64,000 nt of DNA, from positions 2,231 to 66,230 of the forward strand of contig CAYWJA010000004.1 in the NCBI GenBank assembly GCA_964458485.1, written 5' to 3'. The first letter of the stretch is position 1. Each line of letters starts with the position of its first letter. The translations under genes and the position numbers were made by a program. This stretch comes from an uncultured Candidatus Peribacteria bacterium (GTDB lineage: Bacteria; Patescibacteriota; Gracilibacteria; UM-FILTER-43-11). This document shows, one piece after another, positions 16,689-26,485 of this stretch. Under the pieces are notes generated by a model that was not told where the DNA came from, did not search any database, and saw only the letters and a list, made by a program, of their open reading frames with translations.

Positions 16689-17450
16689 ATGAAATTAGCC
16701 CACATAATAATCCCCCTCATCGGCCTTGGTTTCGGCAGTTTCGCCAGTGTCATAATCCATCGCATACACTCAGAAGAGGGTGGAATTTTATTTGGCAGGT
16801 CGAAATGCCCAAAGTGCAAAAAAACACTAGGGGCAATTGATCTTATCCCAATCGCCGGTTATATGATAAATAAATTCAAATGCAGATTCTGCAAAGACTC
16901 TATTTCGATTAGATACCCAATTTTGGAAATAGTGATGGGGTTAGGATTTTTATCAACATCATTGCTTGTCGGATTTAATAACTACTGGCTACTCGCCTAC
17001 TATTTATTAATTACATTTATCTTTGTACTTCTCTCTTTTTATGACATATTCTTCCAGGAAATCCCCGATCGAATCTCACTACCAACCATTATATTAACAG
17101 GTTTAGTTGGTTTTATCGCACATTTGCACAGCCCGAAACATTTAGTTATTGGATTTATAATCCCTGTAGTCTTTTTCGGCGCCCTTTTTCTTGGTTCACG
17201 TGGCCGTTGGCTCGGCGGTGGAGATGTACGAATTGGTGCCATAATGGGCTTCATACTCGGCTGGCCCAATATAATCATTGGATTATTTTTAGCCTACCTG
17301 TTCGGATCAATTTATAGCATTATTGGCCTGCTCAGCGGCAAACTTACCCGAAAAACTCCGATCCCATTTGGACCCTTTCTGTTCATTGGAACTTACATCG
17401 CACTATTTTGGGGAAAAAATATTGTAGGTTGGTATTTGGGGATGATATAA
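16689..17450 (+). CDS. pilD: Prepilin (type IV) leader peptidase, A24 family
   Basis: An N-terminal CxxC...CxxC (CPKCKKTL...CRFCKDSI), multiple TM helices and a GGGDVRIGA motif are present. The ATG at 16689 is preferred over the repeat-encoded ATG at 16656. Confidence 0.85.
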   Translation: MKLAHIIIPLIGLGFGSFASVIIHRIHSEEGGILFGRSKCPKCKKTLGAIDLIPIAGYMINKFKCRFCKDSISIRYPILEIVMGLGFLSTSLLVGFNNYWLLAYYLLITFIFVLLSFYDIFFQEIPDRISLPTIILTGLVGFIAHLHSPKHLVIGFIIPVVFFGALFLGSRGRWLGGGDVRIGAIMGFILGWPNIIIGLFLAYLFGSIYSIIGLLSGKLTRKTPIPFGPFLFIGTYIALFWGKNIVGWYLGMI

Positions 17451-17557
17451 AAAATTCATTTTATAATATACAGATTTGCTTATATACTTGTGATTCCTTT
17501 TTTGTCTTACACCCCTTCATTGCTATTGCAATATTTCTTTATTTTTGTTATAATAAT

Positions 17558-17968
17558 ATGATTTATGATTTAACCAATAATAATATGTCATTAAATACTA
17601 TGTCACATGATGATACTGAGTCTGCACACGAATGCCCCCAGGCAATTCCATCAGGTTTTAGTTCAGTTGCAGAAATGAATAGGGTCTACGGCCAAAACCA
17701 CCCCACAACAATACAAGAATACGCAGCACAAGGTCTCTCCGTACCACAGCCCGGAGAATATGCAGACAATAATGGAGAAAGCGGATCAATAGTACTTGCT
17801 GACTACACAGGGGCAATGCATGTAATGGTTCCCACTTCAAATACTGAAACAAACAAGACCAGGTACCAACAGGCGACTGCTAAGTTAGAACAATTGGGGT
17901 ATAAAAAATCTGATTTCTTTGTGCCATTTTCTAACCCTGCATATGAGGATAGGGCTAATTCAGATTAG
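17558..17968 (+). CDS. Hypothetical protein
   Basis: The track ORF starts at a TTG (17408) overlapping pilD, and the first ATG is at 17558. No recognisable domain. Confidence 0.4.
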   Translation: MIYDLTNNNMSLNTMSHDDTESAHECPQAIPSGFSSVAEMNRVYGQNHPTTIQEYAAQGLSVPQPGEYADNNGESGSIVLADYTGAMHVMVPTSNTETNKTRYQQATAKLEQLGYKKSDFFVPFSNPAYEDRANSD

Positions 17969-17974
17969 GCATTA

Positions 17975-20900
17975 TTACCTCACCACCACAGGGACCCTTT
18001 CGCTAAACCTCATTTTTCCATCTTTTAATACTGTTTTAAACTGCAGATCATAAGTGCCAGCATGAACCTTATTCCATATAAATGTATATGCAGATGCACT
18101 ACTTTTTGTTTCTGCAACCTTAATAATCTTCCCCTTCTTCCTTGCTGTTACAATAAGTTCTTTAAGATTAGCCCTGTCTTTTTTATTAAGCGCAACCTGT
18201 ATCAAAATATTCTTACCTGCGTTAAATGATTGATTTTTATAAGGCTCTATAATGCGCGAGTTACCACTTTGGGCTGTAGGGCTGGGCTCTTTAGCGTTGA
18301 GGATGATTGTTGATTGTGTTTTATTATTTGCATAATCATATGCAGTTGCATGTATAGTGTAGACCCCAGGTGTTTGAGGAACTATAAATTGCCATATATA
18401 TGGCGTGACTCTGTCTGTATACTTTAACTTTCCATCTATATAAAATTCTACTCTTGAGATATCGCCATTCGTATCATAGGCATCTGCATGTATTGGGATA
18501 GAACTGCCAACGCTTACACCAATTCCATCACCTGGATAAATAAATTTCATAATTGGTGCAATTGTGTCCTTGTCGACCTTAACGCTGATTGAAGATTGAT
18601 TAGTGTTATAAACTGCATCATATACAATTGCTTTTATTGTATGCTCAGAACCATTTTTGGTACCTTTAGGAATATTAATTACCCCCTTGTATGGTGATAG
18701 TCTACTTGTATCAATAAGTGCACCATCCCAATAATATTCAACATAATTAATGCCCGATTTTGATGACACATCCACCAAAATTCCAACACTTGGAGGGCTT
18801 ACAATTGAAAGGTTTGTAGGTGTTTTTATTATAACGCTGGGTTTTTCTTTATTAGTTGCAGCCGTATGTACATCATCGTATTCTGTAGGTGCAATATCAT
18901 CTTCGTTGTTTTCTTCTGCCCACTTGCGAACTGCGTCTTCCCAGTTGGCGTTATTTGGCAGTATAGCGTGATGTTCAAAAAAGGCCTTTTCTTCAATCGC
19001 AGCTTCCGGGGTATATTCTGTGGCAAGTTTTTTGGATACCTTGTCTATTTTTACCATTTTATAAGAATTATCATATTCCGTTGGTGTGGCAAAACTTGCA
19101 AATACCTCTGTTTTTAAATCTTTTGGGGGAGTGTGTTTAGATGGCAATTTACCAGCTTTTTTAGAGACTTGAATAAATTTAATTTTTGAGGGTTTATCAA
19201 AAGCTTCCTGCTTAGCCCCCTTTGTCGCCATTGTCATAAAATGACTCCATATGCGTCCTGCAGTATCCAATCCACTAGCTTTAAGACTAAGGTGAGTACC
19301 ATCATTGTTTCCAGCCCAAACACCTGCTGCAAGGCGTTTTGTATAGCCGATTGTCCAGGTGTCAAAAGGAAAATTAATTTCACCTTTCTTCTTGTTCGAT
19401 GTTCCTGTCTTGGCTGCATTTATTTGGCCTGGAATACTCAGTGTATTACGCCACCATCCTTCCGGCCGAGCATTTATATCACTTAATACATTGTTTATGA
19501 GATATGCAATTTGCGGATCAAGAACTTGTGTTTTATTTTTCGGCTTCTGATATTCCTCTAATATATTTCCATTACGATCAATCACTTTTAAGATCGCCAC
19601 AGGATCCATTTTATAACCTCCATTGGCAAAAATACTATATGCACCCACCATATCAAGTAAGCGTGCTTCTCCGGCACCCAGTGCAAGCGAGAGACCGTAC
19701 CAATCATTTGGTTGATTAAGCTTAATCCCCATTTTACGTGCAAGATCAAGAATATTCATGGTTCCTGCCAAAGCACCCGACTTAACTGCGGGTACATTCA
19801 AAGAATGTGCTAACGCCTGACGCATACTTACCGGCCCACGATATTTGCCATCATAATTTTCAGGCTCATACCATGCGCCAAATTTCGTTCTTACATCATA
19901 AAGAATTGTACTTGGTGAATAGCCTTGTAAAAATGCAGCTGCGTAAACGATTGGCTTAAAAGATGAGCCTGGTAAACGTGACCTTAGTGCTACATTGACC
20001 TTCCCATCAATCTCATCATCAAAATAGTCGACAGAACCAACCATCGCAAGCACCTGACCATTGTTTGGGTCGAGTGCTACCAAGCTTGCGTTATTTGCCC
20101 TGTACTTATCCAAATTCATTTTGGCATACTTTTCCACTGCCGCTTCCGCCGCAGATTGCATTTCGCCATCAAGTGTAGTTGTTATTTTTAAACCCCCTTT
20201 CTCAATTTGATCCTTGCCATATTTCTCCTCTAATAATTGGCGTACATGCATAACAAAATGAGGTGCTTTTATTGATGCCTTGAATGGTTTAAATTGAATT
20301 TTCTCTGCCTCCTGAATTGCCCCTAAATATTCCGTATCAGAAATATATTTTAGACCCCTCATTCTTCCCAATACAAAATCAACACGCCCTTTTATGTAAA
20401 TTTTAACTTCTTTTACAGCCTTTTTAGGTTTTTTTACAGCTTTTTTGCCTTTATCCTTTTTATCTTTTTCCTCTTTATTGCCACCAAATTTATAAGTTTT
20501 ACCCAATAACCCTTTACTGATCAGGCTTGGGCTGATATTAACTAACTCCTGCTCGGAAGATACTCCCATTTTAAGTATATCGCTTTCATCCAGATTAATA
20601 GAGGCATACTTATTATGACCATAGGGGCTATAAAAAGTTGGCGCCTTGGGGATCGCGGCAAGAATTGCCCCCTCTGCTATCGTGAGGTCTCTGGCGGATT
20701 TGCCAAAAAGAGTATTGGAAGCTCTTTCAATCCCATAAACACTTGACCCATAAGGAATGCGATTCAAATACATTGCTAATATTTGGTCTTTGTCAAATTT
20801 GCCTTCTAGCTGTACAGCCAAAATCATTTCTCTTAACTTTCTTGTATATGTCCTTTCCGGACTTAAAAATGCGTTCTTTATATATTGCTGAGTAATGGTT

Positions 20901-21373
20901 GATCCTCCTCGCGCCTTACATATACCAATTTCCGCGCAGACCGCTTTCAAAACACCTGGTATGTCAATACCTGGATGGCTATAGAATTGATCATCCTCTA
21001 TGGCTAACACTGCCTTGACGGCATGTTGTGAAATTTTGTCTAACTTCACAATTTCACGATTCTCTTCTCCGTGCACCGTATATAAAAGATTCCCATCCTT
21101 ATCATAAATAACACTTGATTGTGCCGCTATTAAATTCTGAATACTACTAACATCCGGCAAGGATGGAACTATAAAAACCAGTATGAGAAATATAATACCT
21201 GTAATAAATATAATACCTGTAAATATAAACCACTTTATTATTTTATATAATCTTCTGGGGTTCTTCCTTACGGATTCCAATTGTTTATGTTTGGCAGTCA
21301 GCCATTCTGAAAAAAAAGTTTTTTTATTAAACTTTTTATTAGATGCGCCTATTTTATGAGTACTGAATTTCAT
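17975..21373 (-). CDS. Class-A penicillin-binding protein (GT51 transglycosylase + transpeptidase) with C-terminal Ig-like repeats
   Basis: 1132 aa with an N-terminal TM helix, the GT51 motifs EDDQFYSHPGID and RGGSTITQQ, and the transpeptidase motifs SSFKP and KTGT. About 300 aa of repeated beta-rich modules follow (YVEYYWDG..., RVEFYIDG...). Confidence 0.9.
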   Translation of the reverse strand: MKFSTHKIGASNKKFNKKTFFSEWLTAKHKQLESVRKNPRRLYKIIKWFIFTGIIFITGIIFLILVFIVPSLPDVSSIQNLIAAQSSVIYDKDGNLLYTVHGEENREIVKLDKISQHAVKAVLAIEDDQFYSHPGIDIPGVLKAVCAEIGICKARGGSTITQQYIKNAFLSPERTYTRKLREMILAVQLEGKFDKDQILAMYLNRIPYGSSVYGIERASNTLFGKSARDLTIAEGAILAAIPKAPTFYSPYGHNKYASINLDESDILKMGVSSEQELVNISPSLISKGLLGKTYKFGGNKEEKDKKDKGKKAVKKPKKAVKEVKIYIKGRVDFVLGRMRGLKYISDTEYLGAIQEAEKIQFKPFKASIKAPHFVMHVRQLLEEKYGKDQIEKGGLKITTTLDGEMQSAAEAAVEKYAKMNLDKYRANNASLVALDPNNGQVLAMVGSVDYFDDEIDGKVNVALRSRLPGSSFKPIVYAAAFLQGYSPSTILYDVRTKFGAWYEPENYDGKYRGPVSMRQALAHSLNVPAVKSGALAGTMNILDLARKMGIKLNQPNDWYGLSLALGAGEARLLDMVGAYSIFANGGYKMDPVAILKVIDRNGNILEEYQKPKNKTQVLDPQIAYLINNVLSDINARPEGWWRNTLSIPGQINAAKTGTSNKKKGEINFPFDTWTIGYTKRLAAGVWAGNNDGTHLSLKASGLDTAGRIWSHFMTMATKGAKQEAFDKPSKIKFIQVSKKAGKLPSKHTPPKDLKTEVFASFATPTEYDNSYKMVKIDKVSKKLATEYTPEAAIEEKAFFEHHAILPNNANWEDAVRKWAEENNEDDIAPTEYDDVHTAATNKEKPSVIIKTPTNLSIVSPPSVGILVDVSSKSGINYVEYYWDGALIDTSRLSPYKGVINIPKGTKNGSEHTIKAIVYDAVYNTNQSSISVKVDKDTIAPIMKFIYPGDGIGVSVGSSIPIHADAYDTNGDISRVEFYIDGKLKYTDRVTPYIWQFIVPQTPGVYTIHATAYDYANNKTQSTIILNAKEPSPTAQSGNSRIIEPYKNQSFNAGKNILIQVALNKKDRANLKELIVTARKKGKIIKVAETKSSASAYTFIWNKVHAGTYDLQFKTVLKDGKMRFSERVPVVVR

Positions 21374-21422
21374 GATTCCGATTGGTGATCCGATTGGTGA
21401 TCCGATTGGTGATCCGATTGGG
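21374..21422. repeat. 12-nt word gatccgattggt x4 abutting the PBP start codon
   Basis: Units sit at 21374 (13 nt), 21387, 21399 and 21411. The array starts 1 nt beyond the ATG (21371-21373, minus strand). Confidence 0.9.
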
Positions 21423-21453
21423 GCTAATTCGGTTACAACCCCTATTGGATCTC

Positions 21454-24400
21454 CTATTGAATTAAATGCTTAATGCTCTCCTTCAGTCCTTCCGTCCAGT
21501 TAAAGCCAAGTTGTTTTATGTCAATCTTTAGCTTCTCCCCACTAATAACCCAGGATGGATTATGTTTTAAAAGCTTAACTATCGGCTCAGCTGTAACAGA
21601 GGGCCCAAGATGCAGAGCAACCTGTTTACCGGCATTCCCCATAGTTATTGCCCTTACATTAATTATGCCAGCCATTTTGGATAAAATCTTGATCTGTAAA
21701 ATCTGGAATAAATTACTGACTTGTTTAGAAAAATGGCCATATTCTGCAATGAGATCTTCCCTGAATTCTTCAAGTAGCTCCAAGCTATCCACAGACGAAA
21801 GCTTCTGATAAACATTAATCTTATCTTTAGTGTCAGGTATATATTTGTCCGGTATATAAGACTCTAATGGTAATTCTATCGATACATCTGCCTCTGTCTC
21901 TTTGGTAGAATCAGCTTTGCCCGCCTTCATCTCCTCAATGGTTTTATTTAACATTCTAAGAAAATGATTGGTACCTACTACCCTAATAGAACCATGTTGA
22001 TTTATACCAAGTACATCACCGGCGCCTCTAATTTCCAAGTCACGCATGGCTATTTGAAAACCAGACCCGAGCTCGCTCGCATCTACAATGGCACGTAATC
22101 GCTTTTTTGCATCAAGGCGTAATTGTCTTGATTGGTATAAAAAGAAGGCATATGCCTGAGTTTTACTTCTCCCAATTCGCCCACGTAATTGGTATAACTG
22201 CGCCAATCCAAAATTTTCTGCATCATCAACAAGGAGTGTATTTGCGTTAGGTAGGTCGATACCATTTTCGATGATAGTGGATGAGACCAATACCTGGGCT
22301 CGACCCTCCTTAAACTCAACTATCCTCCGCTCTAATTCAGCAGGATTGAGCTGGCCATGCGCAACAATAAAGGAAATGCCAGGCATCAGTTTTCGTAATT
22401 TTTCAGCTATACTTTCAATTGTCTCAACACGATTGTGTAAAAAATAAACTTGTCCACCACGATCCACCTCTTTGGTTATAGCCTCTATTACTAAATTGTC
22501 ACTATAGCGACGCACCTCTGTAATAATAGGCAGTCTCCCGGGTGGCGGTGTTGTAATTGTGGATATATCGCGTAGTTTATTCAAGCTAAGATTCAAAGTA
22601 CGGGGGATTGGGGTAGCTGTTAACGTCAAAATATCAACCTGACTTCTCATCTCTTTGAATTTTTCTTTTTGTTTTACCCCAAAGCGTTGCTCTTCATCTA
22701 CAATTACCAACCCCAGATCAAAAAACTTAACATCTGGCTGAAAAAGCCTATGTGTTCCTATTACAATGTCTACATCACCCTTTCTTAGTTTTTCCAGGAC
22801 AACACGTTGCTCTTTTGGGCTTTTAAAGCGGCTGAGCATTTCAATACGTGTATTAAACCTCTTTGCACGTCTTGTAAAAGTTTTATAATGCTGATCCGCT
22901 AAAATTGTTATCGGAGAAACAAATGCTACCTGTTTACCAGATTGTATTGCTTTGAATGCTGCCCTCATGGCAACTTCTGTTTTACCAAATCCCACATCAC
23001 CACACACTAACCTATCCATAGGCTCATCTGTCTCCATGTCAGCCTTTATGTCTTGAATTGCCTTCATCTGACCAGGTGTTTCTTCATAGGGAAAATCCGA
23101 TTCAAATTGCCCCAACTCTTCTGTGTCCGGACCATAATTATGTCCTTTTGCTTGGGATCTTTTTGCATATAATTTTAATAAGCTTTTTGCGATTCTCTGT
23201 GTTTCTTTTTTAACCTTTTGACTTACGTTTTTCCACTCGACTGAGCCAAGTCTTGTCAGGTTCGGTTCATTATCCTCCCCTCCAACATATTTGCTAACCT
23301 TATCTGCCTGGTCTACCGGAACAAAAAGCCTATCGTTTTCAGCATAAGCAATCTCTAAATATTCTCGGTTAATATCATCAATAGCCCTTGTTACAACACC
23401 AATAAACCTTCCAATACCATGATCCAAATGTACTATTAAATCACCAACTCGTAAGCCTGTTAAAAAGTCTAAATTAATTTTTTGTCCCGCCCTGCTTCTC
23501 ACAGATTTCTTTAAATTAAATATTTCCTTATCTGTAAGGAGTTGAATCTTTAATTCTGGGTTCTGAAAAGATGATGGAACGTTCTCAAGATCTTCCGCGT
23601 CAATTATTACAATCTTGGCGTCTTTAGAATTTTTTGTAGAATACTGAATCTTCTCTTCATCAAAAATATTGATGAGTTCTTCCGTTCGCTTAGTAAGGAT
23701 GTTGATGCGCCAGTCTCGTTGAATTTTATCCCTGAGATCATTTAATAAATCAAATACATTATAATATTTTAAAACAGATAAATATCGTAAATGAAAATAT
23801 TTTTCCTCATTTTTAGGGAAAGATGTAAAATACACCTTACTAGCTTCGCTTTCACCAACAATCTCATTAAATTTATTATCTTGTTCATCAACATCATCTA
23901 CTACTATTAAATCTTTACTTGTTAAATGATTTAATATTGCCACATCACCATCTACTACATTCACAGGCAAAAAATCTACCCTATCTAGTTTGTCCGTTAA
24001 TTGTTTGTTTTCCTGGTCATATGCCCAAATACCCTCAACCTTTTCATAATCAACCTCTATTTTTATTGGCTCTTCATAGTTGGGGGGGAACACATTTACC
24101 ACACCTCCAGACCTTCTGTACTCCCCTTTATTTAACATAGTGTCAGCACTCGGCTGATACCCCATCTGAATCAATTGATTAAACAATTCTACAATATGGA
24201 CATCCTGACCACTTGTTACAACAACCCCCTGTTCCACAAGATTTTGATAGGTTGGTAATGTCAGGTGGGCATCTTTATGATTTAATAAGTAAACCTTCGG
24301 TTTTTCATCATGTAAACCAATAATTGTTTCTGTAATACGATAATCATCCTGATTACCTTCCAATAAAGAGTCCAGACCCACAATTGGGTCATCAGCCCAA

Positions 24401-24612
24401 AAGGGTAAATTGTTTTTTAGCTCATATATATCTTTATTGTCATTCACAATCCAAAAAATATTTCTAAAACTATTCCTACTCACATAATCACTAATCACAT
24501 AACTTTTAGCACTAATACTACCAACACCAGAAAGAACCAGTGCATCTTCTTTTACACAAGCATCAAAAATATTACTATGAATTTTTTTGGGAAAATAAGA
24601 ATAAATATTCAT
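21454..24612 (-). CDS. mfd: Transcription-repair coupling factor
   Basis: 1052 aa with a CarD-like block (DLIVHLDHGIGRF), the SF2 helicase motifs GDVGFGKTEV and DEEQRFG, and a TRCF C-terminal domain. Confidence 0.95.
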   Translation of the reverse strand: MNIYSYFPKKIHSNIFDACVKEDALVLSGVGSISAKSYVISDYVSRNSFRNIFWIVNDNKDIYELKNNLPFWADDPIVGLDSLLEGNQDDYRITETIIGLHDEKPKVYLLNHKDAHLTLPTYQNLVEQGVVVTSGQDVHIVELFNQLIQMGYQPSADTMLNKGEYRRSGGVVNVFPPNYEEPIKIEVDYEKVEGIWAYDQENKQLTDKLDRVDFLPVNVVDGDVAILNHLTSKDLIVVDDVDEQDNKFNEIVGESEASKVYFTSFPKNEEKYFHLRYLSVLKYYNVFDLLNDLRDKIQRDWRINILTKRTEELINIFDEEKIQYSTKNSKDAKIVIIDAEDLENVPSSFQNPELKIQLLTDKEIFNLKKSVRSRAGQKINLDFLTGLRVGDLIVHLDHGIGRFIGVVTRAIDDINREYLEIAYAENDRLFVPVDQADKVSKYVGGEDNEPNLTRLGSVEWKNVSQKVKKETQRIAKSLLKLYAKRSQAKGHNYGPDTEELGQFESDFPYEETPGQMKAIQDIKADMETDEPMDRLVCGDVGFGKTEVAMRAAFKAIQSGKQVAFVSPITILADQHYKTFTRRAKRFNTRIEMLSRFKSPKEQRVVLEKLRKGDVDIVIGTHRLFQPDVKFFDLGLVIVDEEQRFGVKQKEKFKEMRSQVDILTLTATPIPRTLNLSLNKLRDISTITTPPPGRLPIITEVRRYSDNLVIEAITKEVDRGGQVYFLHNRVETIESIAEKLRKLMPGISFIVAHGQLNPAELERRIVEFKEGRAQVLVSSTIIENGIDLPNANTLLVDDAENFGLAQLYQLRGRIGRSKTQAYAFFLYQSRQLRLDAKKRLRAIVDASELGSGFQIAMRDLEIRGAGDVLGINQHGSIRVVGTNHFLRMLNKTIEEMKAGKADSTKETEADVSIELPLESYIPDKYIPDTKDKINVYQKLSSVDSLELLEEFREDLIAEYGHFSKQVSNLFQILQIKILSKMAGIINVRAITMGNAGKQVALHLGPSVTAEPIVKLLKHNPSWVISGEKLKIDIKQLGFNWTEGLKESIKHLIQ

Positions 24613-24620
24613 TACTAAGA

Positions 24621-24652
24621 AGTCTCAGGTCTCAAGTCTTAAGTCTTAAGTG
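24621..24652. repeat. Word array agtctca(a/g)g / agtcttaag upstream of mfd
   Basis: agtctcaggtctcaagtcttaagtcttaagtg is the reverse complement of the cttgagact word family. Confidence 0.8.
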
Positions 24653-24688
24653 TTTAACATAAAACTTATATACTTGGTTATAAAAAAT

Positions 24689-25792
24689 TTAAATCTTAAG
24701 TGGCATAATAATGTGTATATAGTCATCTTTACCACTGGGTCGTACAATGGCCGGCATTGTTTTTTCTCCTAATTCAAAAACCACACTATCAGTACCGATA
24801 TTAGAAAGTACATCTAGTGTAAATTGTGAGTTCAGAGCAATCTCTCCCTCGCCTCCTGTGGTCTTTGTTTTTATCTCAATTTCACCAACACCATATTGCG
24901 TAGTGTCTGTTGTTATATTTAGCCCACCTGATGAAACCTTAAATAAAACTTTATTATTATTTTCTTTAGCAAAAAGATTTATTCGCTTTAAAACCAAGCT
25001 TAATTCAGAAACACTAAGATCAGCTTTAATACTAGTATTTTGTGGTATAACTTGTTGATAATTGGGGAATTGACCCTCAATCAATCGGGATGTTATTTTG
25101 ATTTTATCAATACTAAAAAATATTTGATTTTTAGATACAACCACTTTTATATCTGTGTCATCTTTAGAAAATCCTAAAATTGCCCCCAGTTCTAAAATTG
25201 TTTTACTCGGAACAATGCAAGATATATCACCTGATACATCTCGTGCCTTTAGTGTTTTTTCAGCAAGGCGGTAACTATCGGTCGCGACCATTTTTAGCTC
25301 ATTATTATTAATAGAAAAATAAACACCTGTTAATATTGGTCGTGTTGTGTTTAGTGCAGCGGCAAAGGCAACCTGATTAATTGCAACACCTAAGTCTTTA
25401 TTGGAAATTGTAAACCCGCCGTCTTTTTCAACCGTTGGAATAGATGGGAACTCTGTTGATGCTATGCCTTTAATTTTTGTTTTTGAGTCATCTGTTTTAA
25501 TTAAAACACTATCTCCGTCTTCTACATTTATGTCTACATTTTCATCTTTTAAATAACCAATATAATTTGTTAATAACTTGGATGGAATTGTAATTTCTCC
25601 TTCATTTTTAACATCAGCATCAATCCAATAATTAATGGCAATTTCTAAGTTGGTCGTTGTAAAATACAATTTTTTACCTTCAGCTTTAACCAACACATTA
25701 TTCAAAACAGGTAGTGTATTGTTTGTACTTACCGCTTTATTGGTAATGCTTAAGGCGCTGGCTAAATCTTTTTGTGAACAAGTTAAACGCAT
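24689..25792 (-). CDS. dnaN: DNA polymerase III beta sliding clamp
   Basis: 367 aa with a typical DnaN N-terminus (MRLTCSQKDLASALSITNKAVSTNNTLPVLNNVLV) and three-domain length. Confidence 0.95.
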   Translation of the reverse strand: MRLTCSQKDLASALSITNKAVSTNNTLPVLNNVLVKAEGKKLYFTTTNLEIAINYWIDADVKNEGEITIPSKLLTNYIGYLKDENVDINVEDGDSVLIKTDDSKTKIKGIASTEFPSIPTVEKDGGFTISNKDLGVAINQVAFAAALNTTRPILTGVYFSINNNELKMVATDSYRLAEKTLKARDVSGDISCIVPSKTILELGAILGFSKDDTDIKVVVSKNQIFFSIDKIKITSRLIEGQFPNYQQVIPQNTSIKADLSVSELSLVLKRINLFAKENNNKVLFKVSSGGLNITTDTTQYGVGEIEIKTKTTGGEGEIALNSQFTLDVLSNIGTDSVVFELGEKTMPAIVRPSGKDDYIHIIMPLKI

Positions 25793-26485
25793 TGTCTATA
25801 TTAAGTTAGACAAAAAACAAAATGAGTTTTTTGAAAGATTTTTTATAACATATATATTTTATTGTTTTTTTTCTCTGAATGCAACCACTTTTTTTCTTTT
25901 ATTGTTTATGGGTTTTGAACATTGTTTTATTAATCTAATATATTTTTATTTTAATATATATTTAACTAGTAGAAGTATTAGGGTATTGATAAAAAAGGAA
26001 TAAGTTGGTTAGTATTGTTTGTAAGTGTTTTTGGCTTTATTCGGCTCTGAATCCTGTTTTTGAATATTAATTTTATTCATATAAATAGTGTATTGTTTGT
26101 CTAAGATAAGCCAGATTAGTCACATTTTTAAATTTATTTTAATATATCAAAGCAAGACGCACTGTCGAATTAATAAATAATGATGAATAATAAATAAATA
26201 ATAAATGAAGCTTTGTCCAACATTAAGCCAAATAAGCCGGATAAAAAAATTAGACAACAAAATAGACAAAAATGTGTATAAAATGTGTATAACTTGTGGA
26301 TAAGATGTTAACAAAAAAATAAAAACCGCATTAGTATAACAATACTAAAAAAGCGCTTAAATAAAACATAATTACTTATACATGTGTATAACCAATATAA
26401 CTTTTTATAAACATATACACATAGTTATGAACAGTGACAGATTTAAAATTGTATATGTTGAAAAACAGACAAAACCCAGGCGGTT
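25793..26485. other. Candidate replication origin (AT-rich region with a DnaA-box cluster) upstream of dnaN
   Basis: This is a 693-nt non-coding, very AT-rich spacer, the longest in the window. It holds a perfect DnaA box and several 1-mismatch boxes, plus long A/T runs at 25800-26000 and 26170-26210. Confidence 0.55.
26273..26303. promoter_or_regulatory. Three DnaA-box-like 9-mers in 11-nt register
   Basis: tgtgtataa sits at 26273-26281 and 26284-26292. tgtggataa at 26295-26303 is the exact reverse complement of TTATCCACA. Another tgtgtataa sits at 26383-26391. Confidence 0.7.

Noticed and set aside
25635-26003. 122-aa plus-strand ORF across the dnaN start and the AT-rich spacer.
   Set aside because: It is antisense to dnaN and then runs into the AT-rich origin-like region. 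The translation is Phe/Leu/Ile-rich junk.
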